The notes below the pieces were generated by a model. It was not told where the DNA came from and did no database searches. It worked only from the letters and a program-made list of their open reading frames with translations. A program made the position numbers and the translations under genes. Shown here one piece after another: positions 41,216 through 55,500 of a stretch of DNA of 64,000 bases; position 1 is the stretch's first letter; each line of letters begins with the position of its first letter. The DNA comes from Octopus vulgaris (taxonomy: Eukaryota), in assembly GCA_951406725.2 (NCBI GenBank), contig OX597817.1, forward strand, positions 71,238,001 through 71,302,000, written 5' to 3'.

Positions 41216-42873
41216 AACTATTTCTTTATATCAACAGACATATATATATAATGCGACGATGAAGCATTAAAAAAAGTGTGGCGTTTTGAATATAGTTCTT
41301 CGTCGGATATACAAAGAAAAATTCAGGGAAGAAGAGAAAAAAAAAGAGGGGCCAGGAAAAACGCGCGTGGGCGACTCACGACTAATTTCAATTACTTCGA
41401 CAAACGGAAGACAACTACAGGTATATTTCGATCTTTCTGTGACATCATTAGTGAAGTATACACGACTGTACCAGCTAACATAAAAATAGAAATATTAAGG
41501 ATGCACATTGGTCAGCGTTTGAGTTATTTATTCTCGAAAATGTTTTTAAAGGTTTAGTTACAAAGGTTTGGGGGCAGAAGCAATAGTTTTTCGGAGGAAC
41601 TCAATGAATGTGAGATGAGGTCGAGAAACTACGTCACAATGGGTTACTAAGGTAGAAAGCAGAGCACTATGACTTCATGATTCACAGACTGAAAATTCAG
41701 TCTAAATCCTTGAGACGAAGTGGATCCCGCTAAAGGCAGCAAAGAACTAGATTTTTTTTTTATGCAAATGACAAACAACAAATCAAATCTTCCATTTAAG
41801 ATGAGCTACAGTTCATGAAGTTGGTGTATGTATGGTTTCTGTTTCCCAGATTTCATATAAAAAAAATTAGTTCAATCCAAATATATTACTCCATGGTATC
41901 ACGCACTGCGAACGAACTTTAAATGCAAAGAGAACTGCTTAACTACATAAGCCATGCTTACACCCGGATTGTAGATGAGAATTGTGATGAAAGTGGTGGT
42001 GGATTTAAACACGAGATTTGTATTCATGTTTACCCAAGTAAATGTTGTTTCATGTAAGAATGCTAAATATTGAGGCATTCCTTGAAAGTAATATAGCCTT
42101 ATATGCACGGCTCAAGTCCCTTAGGAAAACCTCTCCTCTTTCTGTCTTACGTAAATTCTTACAGTGTTAGATATCATTTGCATCTTGCCCACAAGATATG
42201 CACGTGTGTTTGTGTGTATAAATGAATATTAATGTGCATATATAAGTATATGGATGCGTATGTGTGTTTTTGTTTCTGTTCCGTGGTACAAACGAACATA
42301 AAGTTTCGTTACCAAATGAATGCTAAAACTATCGTAGTCTCTAAGAAAGATTAAAAGGACACGAAACTGTTAATGTTGTTAGTGAGCAAGGAGATAAGTA
42401 TACTGAAAGACCACAAAAGTAGCACAACATTAACAATACATGATTTGTTGTACACGAAGGAAGTAATTAAAATTGTGATTAGCTTGTTTCGAAGGAAGAG
42501 TTTCCTTCCATTTTCGTTATGCAGATCTGACTTTTGTTTTGTAGAGTACATCTGTATGTTCGTTAAAACGTCGGCCGCTTTATTTAATAACGTTGTCTCC
42601 TCTACTGTAAAGATGCGTGAAAGTTTAGTTAACTTTTCTTTGTGCAATTTTCTTACCATAGGAAAAGTAATGACTATTTTACACCTCAGTCTGATACAAA
42701 CTTAATGAGATATCGCCTTTAGAGAATATAAATAATTCCAGTTCAACACTCCAACAGTTAACTTCGTTTCACATTAGTGAAAGCAGGCATAAGTGAATGA
42801 AATGCGTAAGCTGAATTACACCGACTCATTAAAAAAACTTTCACATATGCATGTGGACGTGCATTTATGTACC

Positions 42874-42930
<57 letters not shown>

Positions 42931-43384
42931 ACGCGCGTGTTTCAGTGTTTGGAAACTGGGTCAAAATCAAGGTTGTGAGTTCGATCCCAGATCTGGTCAG
43001 CGGGTTACCCTTGTGCGACGTACTTTTATTTCACGTTACATTTGTCTGCTCAGCTGGTTATACATGTCAGTTGCTGCGGTATTTGTTAGGGACACAATAG
43101 CTATGGGAGGGAGGAAAAAATCATCCCAGCAGCAGCCAGTAGGAACATAAGAAACATTGCGGCCTTTTGGGGCCATTTTAATGTACACGTGCAGTCAACT
43201 ACATGCCTTCAACGGGAAATTGTCGCCTACCGATATAGGAAACAACATTCACTGCTATTGCGAATTGCCATCCGGTTATATAAATATCCGATGTATGCAA
43301 TTAAAGCTGCATTAAACTAAACTAGCCACCTATGTACCATACATAATGTATACACACCATGATACATACATATATATATGCTTG

Positions 43385-43577
43385 ACCGTACTTGACCGCA
43401 AATTCTACAACTTATTTTCATTCCCTCTGTTTATTTTCTCTTATTCCTTTCTGTTGAAGAGCGTAGGCTCGAAACGTAAAAGACTTTTTCATTTTCTCGA
43501 ACATCAAACTAATACATCTGCTTGTTGTTCATGTACCTGTCTTCGTCTTTTGTTTTTCTCTAAATCTCAACTATATA
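43385..43577 (+). mobile_element. Short dispersed repeat with minimal hammerhead-like motif
   Basis: ctgttgaagagcgtaggctcgaaacgta at 43451-43478. Confidence 0.5.
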
Positions 43578-43848
43578 CTGTTGAGAACCCCTTCAGTCAT
43601 GACTGACCATGGGATTGCACTTAGAAAGTTACCCTCCTAGGCACAAGTCCGAGCAAGGTTGATTATGGAAGATCAGCAGTCGCCCATGCATATCGGTCTC
43701 CCTTCTCCACGCCACCAGTGTTATCGAAAGGCAAAGGCCGAAACAGCTTGGCACCCGTGAACACAACACGCAGCCCGGTCCGGGATTCGAACTCACAACC
43801 TCACGATTGTAAGCTCGATGCTCTAACCACTGAGCCATGCGCCTTCAC
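43578..43848 (-). mobile_element. tRNA-derived SINE (family 4) with 10-bp TSD
   Basis: A box TGGCTCAGTGG, B box GTTCGAATCC; TSD caactatata at 43568-43577 and 43849-43858. Confidence 0.82.
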
Positions 43849-43882
43849 CAACTATATATATGCATATATGCAACTATATATA

Positions 43883-43919
<37 letters not shown>

Positions 43920-43954
43920 TTTTATACATATATAGTTTTTATCCTCTACGTGTA

Positions 43955-44278
43955 ACACAGTCGTGAGCCTGCAATCATGCTAGCGCACAGCCTTGGAACG
44001 TTTAGGCGAACTAATCGACCACAGTGGTTATTTTTTTGTCTTCAACCTGGCACTTATTTTATCGGATACAATTTGCCGAACCGTTAAGTTTCAGGGACGT
44101 AAGTAAACCAACACCGATTGCTAAGCGGTAATGGTGGGGCAAACACAAAGACAGATATATATACATGCATACATAATGGGCTTCTTTCAGTTTTCGAATT
44201 CCAGATCGACCCAGGTTGACCCGTAGTTATAGTAGAAGGTACTTGCTCAAGTTTCCACGCAGAGAGACTGAACCCGAA
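43955..44278 (-). mobile_element. Degenerate SINE family 1 copy
   Basis: Collinear with 14270-14615. Confidence 0.65.
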
Positions 44279-44301
44279 GATATATATATTCATATGAATA
44301 G

Positions 44302-44367
<66 letters not shown>

Positions 44368-44526
44368 ACACACCCACTTCACCCACTTACATACAGACGT
44401 GACTTGTGTCTGTAAATATGTATAGATATATAAACGTTTGTATATGTGTTTTTAAATACACACACATACATACATAAACTCACATATACACACGTACACA
44501 CATGTATACTCTCACACACATATATA

Positions 44527-44690
44527 TCCTTGTTTCTTTCTGTGTTCCTTTCTGTGGAAGAGCGTAGACTCGAAACGTTGAAGACTTTTTCACTTCCCGA
44601 GCGTTATAATAAATCATCTGTTCGTCTTTTTTAGTGTGAATTCTCCCTATGTATATATATATATATATATATATACCCCACCCCCGTTTG

Positions 44691-44743
<53 letters not shown>

Positions 44744-44816
44744 ATACTTTAATTGTTCCACGTCCTGCGTTGGTGTGTTTTTTTTTCCCTTTTTTTCTGT
44801 GTTTTCTTGTTTGGAT

Positions 44817-44820
<4 letters not shown>
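44527..44820 (+). mobile_element. Short dispersed repeat with minimal hammerhead-like motif, split by (TA)n
   Basis: ctgtggaagagcgtagactcgaaacgtt; ttgttccacgtcctgcgttg matches the reverse complement of 7660-7685. Confidence 0.5.
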
Positions 44821-44884
<64 letters not shown>

Positions 44885-45346
44885 TATGTGTGTGTGTAAT
44901 ACAAAATGTTATTGTTTCTCCAAACAAAACCATTCGCCACACGAATACTTACACACAAGCGAGCGAGCGAGCGAGCGCAGACACTAGCAAACAATGTGCA
45001 GGCATGTACAAATGCAAGCATATTGTATATATACTAAGAGCGAACAGTAATTCTAAAAAATTATGGACATGCAACTGAATTTAATGAACAGTGAAGGCCT
45101 TTTTTTTCTTTCTTTCTTCGTCTTGTTTTTCTCTGTTTGTCTTTTCTTTTCTTTGTTTTAATAATCCAAAAGCATAAAGCAAAAGTTAATTATTTAGATA
45201 TAATTACATCTCTAAGAGCATAATATAATAGTTGACGTTGAATCGCAATTGTCATAGCGATGATTATCAGTTTATGTACATTAATTGCGCTATAACTATG
45301 GTGGTATAGTGTTATAGTAATCGTTAATTACATTCTTTTATGATGG

Positions 45347-45410
<64 letters not shown>

Positions 45411-47366
45411 GTGTGTGCTAGTGTTTTTCACGAGGATCTTGGTCTTTATGATTTTTGGTTATGAAGAATTTATTCATAATTTCATAACATTGTTACTATT
45501 AATAAATACATTTTCCAACCCATCATATTCCACTCAGGAAAATTGATAAATAAATAAAAATCCAACAGATTCAAAAGAGAAAGGAAGATATAAATATGTT
45601 TAAAAAAAAGAGAGAGAGAGAGAGAGAAGAAATAAAATATTTAATTGACTTAAAGCAACGCATAAATTCTCGTGTTTCTATGGAAGCTTCTATGGCATCT
45701 TTGAATGAAAACCGAAATTTCAGATGAAATATAAAAAATAAACACTGAAAAAGATTCAGGAAAAATATAAACAACTCCAGTAAACATTATCGATTACCCT
45801 TTGTTGTGTATGAAGGTGGGGGGTGATTATTGCTATATTGCTGAAATTTTAAGGGGTTAAAATATGCAGATTGGCTCTACGTGCTGAGCTCTGCGCGAAC
45901 CCAGTTGAGAACGAACATTGGATTTCCTGTCAAATCACTTTATTCATACTAAACATAAAATAATATACCCTTTAAATGATACCCTTATCTAATATGAGCA
46001 ATGGCTATGAAAAAGACACTTCAAAGTAGTATTATATCAGGGAAATACTCGGAACCTATAAAGTCAGATCCTTCCTATAGCATTTTTGTCGCTGTGGTAC
46101 GCGAATTTTTATTATTTTACTCTCTACGAGTAGAACGTTCTTTATGACTCTAGACCCTTACCAGTTTGGTATGGAATTAAACATTGGTATAACTCTCCTT
46201 AAAGCGTTGCAATGAACTTGGTAATCCTAGTAGAGTTTATGATCTGCTAGGTATGGATACCGTTGACTCTCAAAGATTTCTTCTGTTTTCCGAAGGTATT
46301 AGTTTTGAATGTTACTGGTTGCTCAAACACCACTATCATTCTTCTACTTGGGCAAATTTTGGAAGGAACCTGTTCAGTGGCCGACTATGAACAATTAACT
46401 TCAAATGAGATTAGAATATATCTATCATTAATAAATGATATCATAAATATCATAAATGATATCATGTATATAAATATCATAAATCTATCATTTCGTACTC
46501 GTTACTATTTTTCTTTTTTTTTTATCTAGGGAAAGAGGGTTCTGCACATAACCTTCGTAAATTCACTGAAATCTATATGATTGACGCAGTTAGTGTTCCA
46601 ACTGAACAATTTCATGTCAGAGGTTTCAGAAAAAAAAAAATGAAAAATGAAAAAAAAAAAAAAGGAAAATAATATGGTGTTTCCAGGGGGTCGAAAGTTC
46701 GGGAGAGAATGCTGTGTAACAGTAGTCAGTGCAGGGTGGGGAGGAAGTGGACAAAATATGGGTTACGAGAAGAGAAATGAGTCCTTAAGGAGTGTATGAG
46801 TGGATATAAAACGAGTTAAACCAATGCGGAGTAGTAGAAGCTACAGTAGTAGTAGTAGAAAAGGCAGAGAGAGAGAGAGAGTGTGTGTGTGTGTGTGGGG
46901 GTGCAACAGGCAACAGCTGAGACCTTACCACCAGATTCTAATGTATTCGTCCCATCATCTAATGCTAAACCAGATGGTGGGTTAGGCAACTTTCAAAGAT
47001 ATTTGATAGATTGATGTCAGAATAGAATCTGGGAAACAAAGAAACAAAAACAAAACAAATTCCTAAAACCTAAATAAAGAGGAGACAACCGATGTTCTGC
47101 ATTACAAACTATTAACATGTCTATACAGACTGACGAAATAAATCTTCGCATCAATCATTGGAGAACTGATAAATGCTTATGTGGAAGAAACAGATAACTT
47201 AACGGAAGAAAGGATATCGAAGAAAGTTCCCCTGATTGTAAAGATACATTGGATTAGTTATTGACACTTATTGAGCGCAAAATGTATGAAATGAAACATA
47301 GTTAATCAATAAAGTGAACTGGGTGAGCTGAAGACTACTGGCATGAAATGTCTGTCTCTAACAACT

Positions 47367-47464
<98 letters not shown>

Positions 47465-49995
47465 TATATGCATGCACATACGCGCATATGCATACATTCG
47501 TTCATATATATATATGTATGTATATTGATAGATAAATAGATAGATAGATACATGGATATTATACACTCTTACAGGATTTTATATTAAGAATGTGAATAGT
47601 TCACAAGCAAAACGGAAACATTTTTTGAGTAATGCGTTTTACTAAAGGGCTAAATAAATGTCAAAATGATGTTTAGAAAGACATATTAAACTGTAAAGAT
47701 ATCTAAGGCAATCTAAAATATAGACTTTAAGAACACCTCTTCGTTTTGCATTATAGAAAAAAAATACAATAAAGTTAACCGATTATATATATAGATTGAA
47801 AGAACATGCTACTTATTTCTACATAAAATGGGAGATGCACAGGTGATACAGACCATTTAGAAACAGAACAAAGTGTTGCAGGTAACGATTGATTGGAAAA
47901 GCTTAATACTGAAAACTTTAATAAATTTACAAACTATTAGACCTAAAGATAGCATAGCTTCTAAAACAATGAACGATCATATCACAGCCTGAATGAACGA
48001 ATCAATATTTAGCTATTTACTAAAATTAATCATGATATCTCTTCAATTTTAGCCCACAGATAGATACTACTTCATACAATTTTATATGAAATCTTTATCC
48101 TTCCACGGTCATTTGCAGAATGAACCATTACTTAATTATTTGCCTGGAATAAACACATACTCTCTCGAGACACTCCTGAACTCATTACATTCTATAATTG
48201 TACACCTTTTAATTATTTATATTTTCAAATTTAATTTCCTGTACAGCAATCTTTTATCGTTATTAGCCTTGAGAGGTCCTTTCATATAAGCACAGCGTGA
48301 GTAAAAACACAGAAATAAATTGTAGCAGACGAGAATTTCTGTTATGGGTGCTGGAACAGTTGAATCACGTGATTTCAGTGTACTGGACTTCCTCTGTTGT
48401 AGGCTTCCGGCCACTGCATACCAGCCAAATCTTGCTCCCACGATAAATAGAATTTCAACATCTGTTCAGTCACAGATTCGCAAATAACCAACAGGCTTAT
48501 AAAAAAAATAATTATTGGTGATGGAAGCAATATTAATACCAAATAGCCTGGTCAGGGTCTAAAGCTTTTTTGACGATAATAGCTTTGAGAATGTTAATTT
48601 TTACTTTAAGTCTTTCTACGTTTCTGGCAGAGATCATAGTATCCAAGATTGAAAACGGATATAAGTTAATATAAAATTTATTTCTTCTATGTAGCGTTTA
48701 ACTGGCAGAGAACATAAAATGTTATTGAATAAATAAATAAATAAATAAAATTAAGAAATAACCGTACGTGGTCCCTAATTTATCGCGTTGGATCAGTCAG
48801 AAATATATTATTTTCACGAGATAAATTCTTTAGGTTCTCATTGGCAAAGTTCCAGTGTTTCGTCTGGTTCAATGATTCAACTCAAACTGCAATTTAATAA
48901 AACAGAACGAAACAGCTTGAAACCAACACTGTACCAAACATCAAGTAATACGAACAGTAATGATATAAAAAAGCAATACCTGCCGGACCAGGGTCTATGC
49001 AATAGCGTTTGTATGCGTTTAATGTAATGCTGATATAATACAAGCATGTAATACAAGCATGAGAAACGTTGCTTTCAAAAGTTAATCCCCCAAATACACT
49101 AATCTGCTTCTGATTCTTGGAGTATCCAGTTGATGGCAAAAGTGCCATGGCGAGATAGAATAAAAAGAATATGATTTTTAATCATTCCCGACGGACGAAA
49201 CTAAAAAGAGAATACAGCCAGAAATTCCAAATTTACACCCGAATAAAACGAAACAGGGCCTCCATCTTGGACCGTGGCGAAAACAGTAAATGTGGCTACA
49301 CAAAGAACTACTACACAAGGCAAATTAATGCTAAGTATAAAACGATGTCCTAATTAAAAATAACTATACGTGGTCGCTTGACTGGGTAGAAATAGCAACC
49401 GAACTTCCTCACACAACATCCTTACTCTTTAAAAGACAGACTTACACATTAACTATGTGTTCATGAGTACAATACGTTTTATTGCCTAATAAGGGGACAG
49501 TTACAGATGGAAAGCCTTTGATCATAAATTACCTCGTTTAAGGTTTGCATCATGGATATAAACACAGACAAAACAAAAGCAAAAGCAGCCAGGATGCGTT
49601 ACACAAAATACTTCGCATATATACAAAAGTAGCCAGACTTAACCAAACATACCATATACGACAGCTCCATAAAAGAAAGATACCTTTGGAGACGGAAAAC
49701 GATGATATAACGTAACAATGGAACTCAAGTACAATATTTTTTATCTCTAACATCAGCTTTTGTTCCCACAAGACACTACTTCCCAAGCATATTTTACTCA
49801 CAACACACTTAAGTGTATTTTAATCTTTTTAAATATTGACTTAAAGTTTTGGTACAAGCTCAGCAATTTCGGGTGTAAGTCGATTACATCGACCCCCTAG
49901 TACATTTTAAAATTTTTTTATTAAACTCAAAAGGATAAAATGTAAAGTCGTCAGTGGCGGAAAAAAGAACTTAGAACTTAAAGACTGACGAAATA

Positions 49996-50226
49996 TCTAT
50001 TTCTTTACTACCGACAAGGGGCTAAACACAGAGGACAAACAAGGACAGACAAACGGATTAAGTCGATTATATCGACCCTAATGCGTAACTGGTACTTAAT
50101 TTATCGACCCCGAAAGGATGAAAGACAAAGTCGACCTCGGCGGAATTTGAACTCAGAACGTAGCGGCAGACGAAATACGGCTACGCATTTTGCTTGGCGT
50201 GCTAACGATTCTGCCAGCTCGCCGCT
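49996..50226 (-). mobile_element. Young SINE family 2 copy nested in an older copy
   Basis: Reverse complement of 39475-39692; gaaata on both sides; older copies at 49845-49995 and 50370-50535. Confidence 0.85.
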
Positions 50227-50879
50227 GAAATACCGTTTGATTCTGCCCTTTAAAGCTAACTTCACCAGTTAGCTTTAAAGACAAGGTCCAGTCTCATCAG
50301 TATTGTTCATTTTTTTTTTTGTTTTTTGCTTCAAAATTTCGTTTATCTAATATTCTTTTCTACTCTACGCACATGGCTCGAAATTTTGGGGGAGGGGGTC
50401 CCAATATGTGAGTCGTATTTAATTTATCGACATCGAAAGGATAAAAGACAAAGTCGACCTCTGCGGAATTTGAACTCAGAACGAAATACTGCTAAGCATT
50501 TAGCCCAGCGTGCAAACGTTTCTGCCAGCTCGCCAACTTTCGTTTATCTAACATTATTGAAGTTATTTCCCTTAATTTCGTTTTTTATATTTCAAGCACA
50601 CACACACACACATACACACACACACACAAACACACACACACAGATTTGTTTACAAATTACATAGATAATCTCGATTAACCAGTTTTTCACTTGGCATAAT
50701 ACATAAGTAAAACAATATCTATATTTACTATTATAGTTTGTAGCTATTCCATTTTTGAAACATTAATTTTATTAATTTCGTAACGCACGAAGCTACCGTT
50801 CTGTGGCACAGATGTTCGCGTCGGCGCGCCGTTTGGAAATCGCTGTTTTAAAGAGTGGTTCAGAACGTAAAGTATGTTA

Positions 50880-51990
50880 TTGGCTCTAATGAAACAGCAG
50901 TAGAGGACTTCATTGAAAGGATTCACCCTGAAAATTATAAGAAACGACGGCATAATAAAAGTGTAAAAGCTTACAAACTAATAGAGAATGCATAAATTGA
51001 AGCCATCATATATACAAATACAAAGCACAAGAGTCCACATAATACAAAAAAAAACCCCATATAACAGAAAACAACACTATAGAAGACACAAAAATGATGA
51101 GAACAAGTCATTATAACAAAACAAAATCCACAGAAAATTGCAGAAAACAAAATTATGATAGCCACAAACGACCGCGCGGAAATAATCATTGAAATATCCA
51201 GCCGCAAGAAAAAAAAGTCATACAAAACAGAATAGTAACTTACATCACATCAGAATAAGCAGAGTCAGTAAAGACGAAAATCTTACAGAAAAATTAAAGA
51301 AAATCGAAGACTTTACCATAACAAATCAATGAATATAGATCAACGAAAATACTTTCGCAAGCTACGAATAAACAAACATGTTCGGGAAATAATAGTTAAC
51401 TACAAGCAGCCCCTCCAAGAAATTCTTTCCACTAAAGCAAAATCGAACATCAATACTCTAAATAATCTAATTTACTTATAGCAACGGCACTATTGAGAGA
51501 AACTGGGTTCAACATTAATAAAGTTACCTCAATGAAACGCATAAAAACTGTGAAAACACACACACACACATGTATAGTGCGAAATCGACAAAAAAAGAAA
51601 GTACCGATTCTTACAGAACGAAATAGAAAAGTAGAGGCTTAATGTGAAAAACAGCAAAATGAAACAAGTAGTAAAATAGTTAGATCCTAACTGAAAGTGA
51701 AAGAGGAAAACTGAAAACAACTGATCTTGGCAAAGGCATGGTTACCAACAATATAAAAAAAAACGTTGACAACAATATGAATTCAATTACATTCGGAAAA
51801 CATATGGAACCGTAATATACAATCTCATAAAGGATTGGAAATAAGAGAGAAAAAATAAAAAGACACAATAAAACCATAATCATAACTCGGCGTAAATAGG
51901 GGAGAATTTACCAACACAATGAAAACCAGTAGCAACTGGAAGGCTTCTGGAATTGATAGTCTCCAAGATTCTGGTACCAAGCCATTATAA
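50880..51990 (+). pseudogene. Decayed R4/Dong-type LINE ORF fragment (region before RT)
   Basis: A-rich coding-like strand ending in NWKASGID..FWY, resembling NWKAPGPD..FW. Confidence 0.35.
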
Positions 51991-52868
51991 CTACTGAATC
52001 CTTACGAGTATTAAAACATTTCCCGGGAGACATTTTATCCTAGCAGTTTTTAACTAGCTGGCTTTATTGATTAATTTTACACTCAATAATCGACAATTAC
52101 TTATCTAACGAATCTTTGCAGTCATGTGAACCCTCTTTGTTTTATACTTTATGTTATTCTGCTATCTATTTTTGCCATATAAACCTTTATCCGCTGTACA
52201 GGGATATAGCAATAATATGAAATGATGTAAAGGGAGAAAAATCAATGCTCAACTGGTTAACTAAGGGCGAAAGCAGATGGGTGGTTGACTTAATCCTTCG
52301 CCTCGTTTCACTCCGATGTATTCCCTTTGGGGAGCTTTAGGGGGACGCGAAATTTTTTCTCCCACGAGAGTTCCGGACCCTACTAATGAACTCATTTGCA
52401 TACAGCCAATCAGAGCTCACCTTGAAAAAACACATGCTATGTATTGCTACTGTACAGCCAGTCAGGCATAGCATGGTGTATGCCACTCTGTGTATACAGC
52501 ATAGCAAGTCACACATAAGCACTACATCCCCACTCCATCATCTTCATAGATCAATTGAGCACCATCTCTATATGGAGCTAACATTAGGTACCTATGCTCA
52601 GACAGATTAGTGATACTGCATGTACCCATTGATATATGTAAGAGGAGGGCAATACGACACAACGCCATATTGATTACAATGTTTCCAGATCAACACCAAC
52701 ATTTTAGATTAGAATTGTACAAAACCAGTAAAAAAAATTAGGAAGCTACACTCCTTTACATTTTCTAGTAAATTACACAAATTGGCAACACTTATGGCAC
52801 CATCGGTGAGCAGCTTTCCATTCGCTTTATACACTAAATTTCATATTTGTCACACCTGTTAACCGGTT

Positions 52869-53152
52869 TGTGGAAGCACATGGCCTAGTGGTTAGAGCAG
52901 CGGACTCGCGGTCGAGGGATCGCGGGTTCGAATCTCAGACCGGGCGATGTGTTTGTTTATGAGCGAAACACCTAAGCTCCACGCGACTCCGGCAGAAGGT
53001 AATGGTGAACTTCTGCTGACTCTTTCGCCACAATTTTCTCTCACTCTTTCCTCCTGCATCTTGCATCTCACCTGCGACGGACCGGCGTCCCGTCCAGGTG
53101 GGGAACCTATACGCCAAGGAAACCGGGAAACCGGCCCTTATGAGCCAGGCAT
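52869..53152 (+). mobile_element. tRNA-derived SINE (family 3b) with V-domain-like segment
   Basis: A box TGGCCTAGTGG, B box GGTTCGAATCT; cctgcgacggaccggcgtcccgtccagg resembles the V-SINE core (from recall). Confidence 0.8.
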
Positions 53153-54007
53153 AAGGTGTCCACTGGATCAGTGCATTTGGTTCAAGCAGACCACTTACTG
53201 AAGAGTAGATTTCTTCTGGCGTGCATGCTAATGCGTGTGTCCTCGTCGTTGACCTCAGTATGGGCTCTAGCGAAGTCTAGTGCTTTAGCAAGAGCTTCGT
53301 TGATATAGATGGCTCGAACTTCACAAAATCAAATTGGGTAAGCCTAGGTCTACCCCAGCTGCTGTTGGCCTTAAACCATGTAATGACGTCGTTGGTACAG
53401 CACCATAGGGCGTGGCCAGAGGAGTTTTTAATGCCGTTACATCTCTTCCTGATGAGCTCACCTGTCCTATCTCAGACTTCGCCGGGTTTATCAGCCTGCA
53501 TTTAGGATTAGAGGCAAAAATTAGGCTTATGATCCTTGATCGCTATGAGTCTCTACCGTGTCTTGTATAGCAAGTTTAAAAGCTATATCTCTGGCCTCCT
53601 GGTTAATACTATCATATGTGCGGGGGATGGCCCTCCTGTACGTTTGTGTGATGCTGTTGTTAAGAACCTGTGTGTGTATGTGTGTGTGTGTGTGTCTATG
53701 TGTGTGTCTATGTGTGTGTGTATGTGTGTGTGTGCATGTGTGTGTGTATGTGTGTGTGTGTGTGTGTGTATGTGTGTGTCGCTACTTAATCTTAATAAAT
53801 TTTTTGTTTTGTCGGACAAGAGAATGATCATATCAGAAGATATAAGCTTGTGGGTGTCTAAGTTTATTTTGAGAAGGTTTTGAGGACTTACGGAATATCA
53901 GGCGGGGTATTATATTCAACAGGTCGTTTGCAAAGGCTTCCAGTTTCCTGATCTTGGGTGGGAACTTCCTGGATTTAAAGCCATACAAACATACATACAT
54001 ACATACA

Positions 54008-54039
<32 letters not shown>

Positions 54040-54059
54040 CATATTATATATATGTATAT

Positions 54060-54154
54060 GATCCAATGATCAAGGTGTAGGAAGAAAGTTAGCTTCAAAC
54101 AATCCGTAGGAAATATAAAAAGAAACTTTCAGGAACAGTAGTGATTTATTGTGG

Positions 54155-54223
<69 letters not shown>

Positions 54224-54472
54224 TTCACGGTAGGCAACCAGGGTTGCAGGGTATGCGAATAAGAATACAAAAATTAAGGAATGGAGTAGATAAGATCCGG
54301 GTTACATATGTTTCATAACGAGCGGAACCTGGGAAGTGGTAAAGAGGTGTATACTGTAGGCAACTATTCAGGCCAAGCCTGCGGTATACACTTCTCTTAG
54401 ATGTTTACCACTTCCCAGGTTCTGCTCGCTATGTATGTAGCCCGGATCTTACCTAATCCATTCCTTAACTCT
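54060..54472. mobile_element. Dispersed repeat with internal inverted repeat (copy of 2070-2500)
   Basis: ~54272-54343 is inverted at ~54404-54469. Confidence 0.65.
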
Positions 54473-54474
54473 TA

Positions 54475-54690
54475 CCAACAACCTGGTTCCGAGTTCAGAC
54501 CCACTGCGTGACACCTTGGGCAGATGTCTTCTACTATAGCCTCAGGCCGCCCAAAGCTTTGTGAATGGATTTGGTAGACGGGAAACTGAAAGAATCCCGT
54601 CGTATATATGTGTGTGTGTGTCTGTGTGTGTCTGTGTGTGTCTGTTTACCTCTGTCTGTGTTTGTTCTCCCACCATCGCTTGACAACTGA
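54475..54690 (+). mobile_element. SINE family 1 5' portion
   Basis: tggttccgagttcagacccactgcgtgacaccttgggcagatgtcttctactatagcctc. Confidence 0.75.
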
Positions 54691-55044
54691 TATTCGGTTT
54701 CCGTTGGTGGTTTGGGTTGGTTAAAGTAAAACGCCTTTCATCTCACCTGCCTGATCAAATCGATAATTTTCTCTAGCAGTAGTGTTGTGGAGAGTTCGTT
54801 TGGTGGTGTTGAATATCCCAGGTAGTAATATTCCAAATCCATTTGGTGAGCGTATTTATATAAGTAGATTGTTACCTAACACTCCATTGTATTTTTTTGC
54901 GCGAAACCGATTAGTAAAACCAGCCGAATGGATACTTAATACTATAAAATTCGGATAATATACCCACTCGACTTACACTTGTAGGAGTACATCTTCTCTC
55001 TGACTTCTGGTCTCTTAGACAACTTATATATATATATATATATA

Positions 55045-55411
55045 TTCTTTTACTTGCTTCAGTCTTTTGACTGTGGCAATGCTGGAGCACCACCTTTAAT
55101 CGAATCACTCGACACCAGGACTTATTCTTATTATCGGCCTCTTTTTACCGAACTGCTAATTTATGGGGAGGTAAACACACCAGCATCGGTTGTCAAGCGA
55201 CGGTGGGGGACAAACGCAAACACACAAATACACACGCACAAACACATTTACACGACAGACTTCTTTCAGTTTCTGTCTACCAAATCCACTCACAAGGCTT
55301 TAGGCAACCCGAGGGTATAGTAGAAGAAACTTGCCCAAGGTGCCACACAGTGGAACTAAATCCAGAACCCTGTGTTTGTAAAGCAAACTTCTTACCACAC
55401 AGTCACTCTTG
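55045..55411 (-). mobile_element. Full-length SINE family 1 copy
   Basis: Collinear with 14251-14654 from tail to head. Confidence 0.82.
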
Positions 55412-55414
55412 TGT

Positions 55415-55475
<61 letters not shown>

Positions 55476-55500
55476 GAAGGTATGTTAGTGCGCCTATATA

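Larger units (their letters stand above)
53153..54850 (-). pseudogene. Penelope-like element reverse transcriptase relic, interrupted by insertions
   Basis: Minus strand pieces in order: LLEKIIDLIRQVR*KAFYF; YGFKSRKFPP..LEAFANDL; SDKTKN; KDHKPNF..NPKCRLINPAKSEIG; W..TNDVITWF..QFDFVKFEPSI; HARRNLLF. Confidence 0.7.

Noticed and set aside
43770-43845. tRNA genes here and at 38810-38883 and 52872-52945
   Set aside because: A and B boxes are present but the acceptor stems are poor and each continues into a SINE body (this one with a TSD)
47040-48075. Possible decayed LINE coding remnant
   Set aside because: A-rich and coding-like, but no unambiguous motif
50248-50280. Small hairpin ctttaaagctaac-ttcacca-gttagctttaaag resembling a terminator
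   Set aside because: Eukaryotic repeat context; probably a local inversion scar
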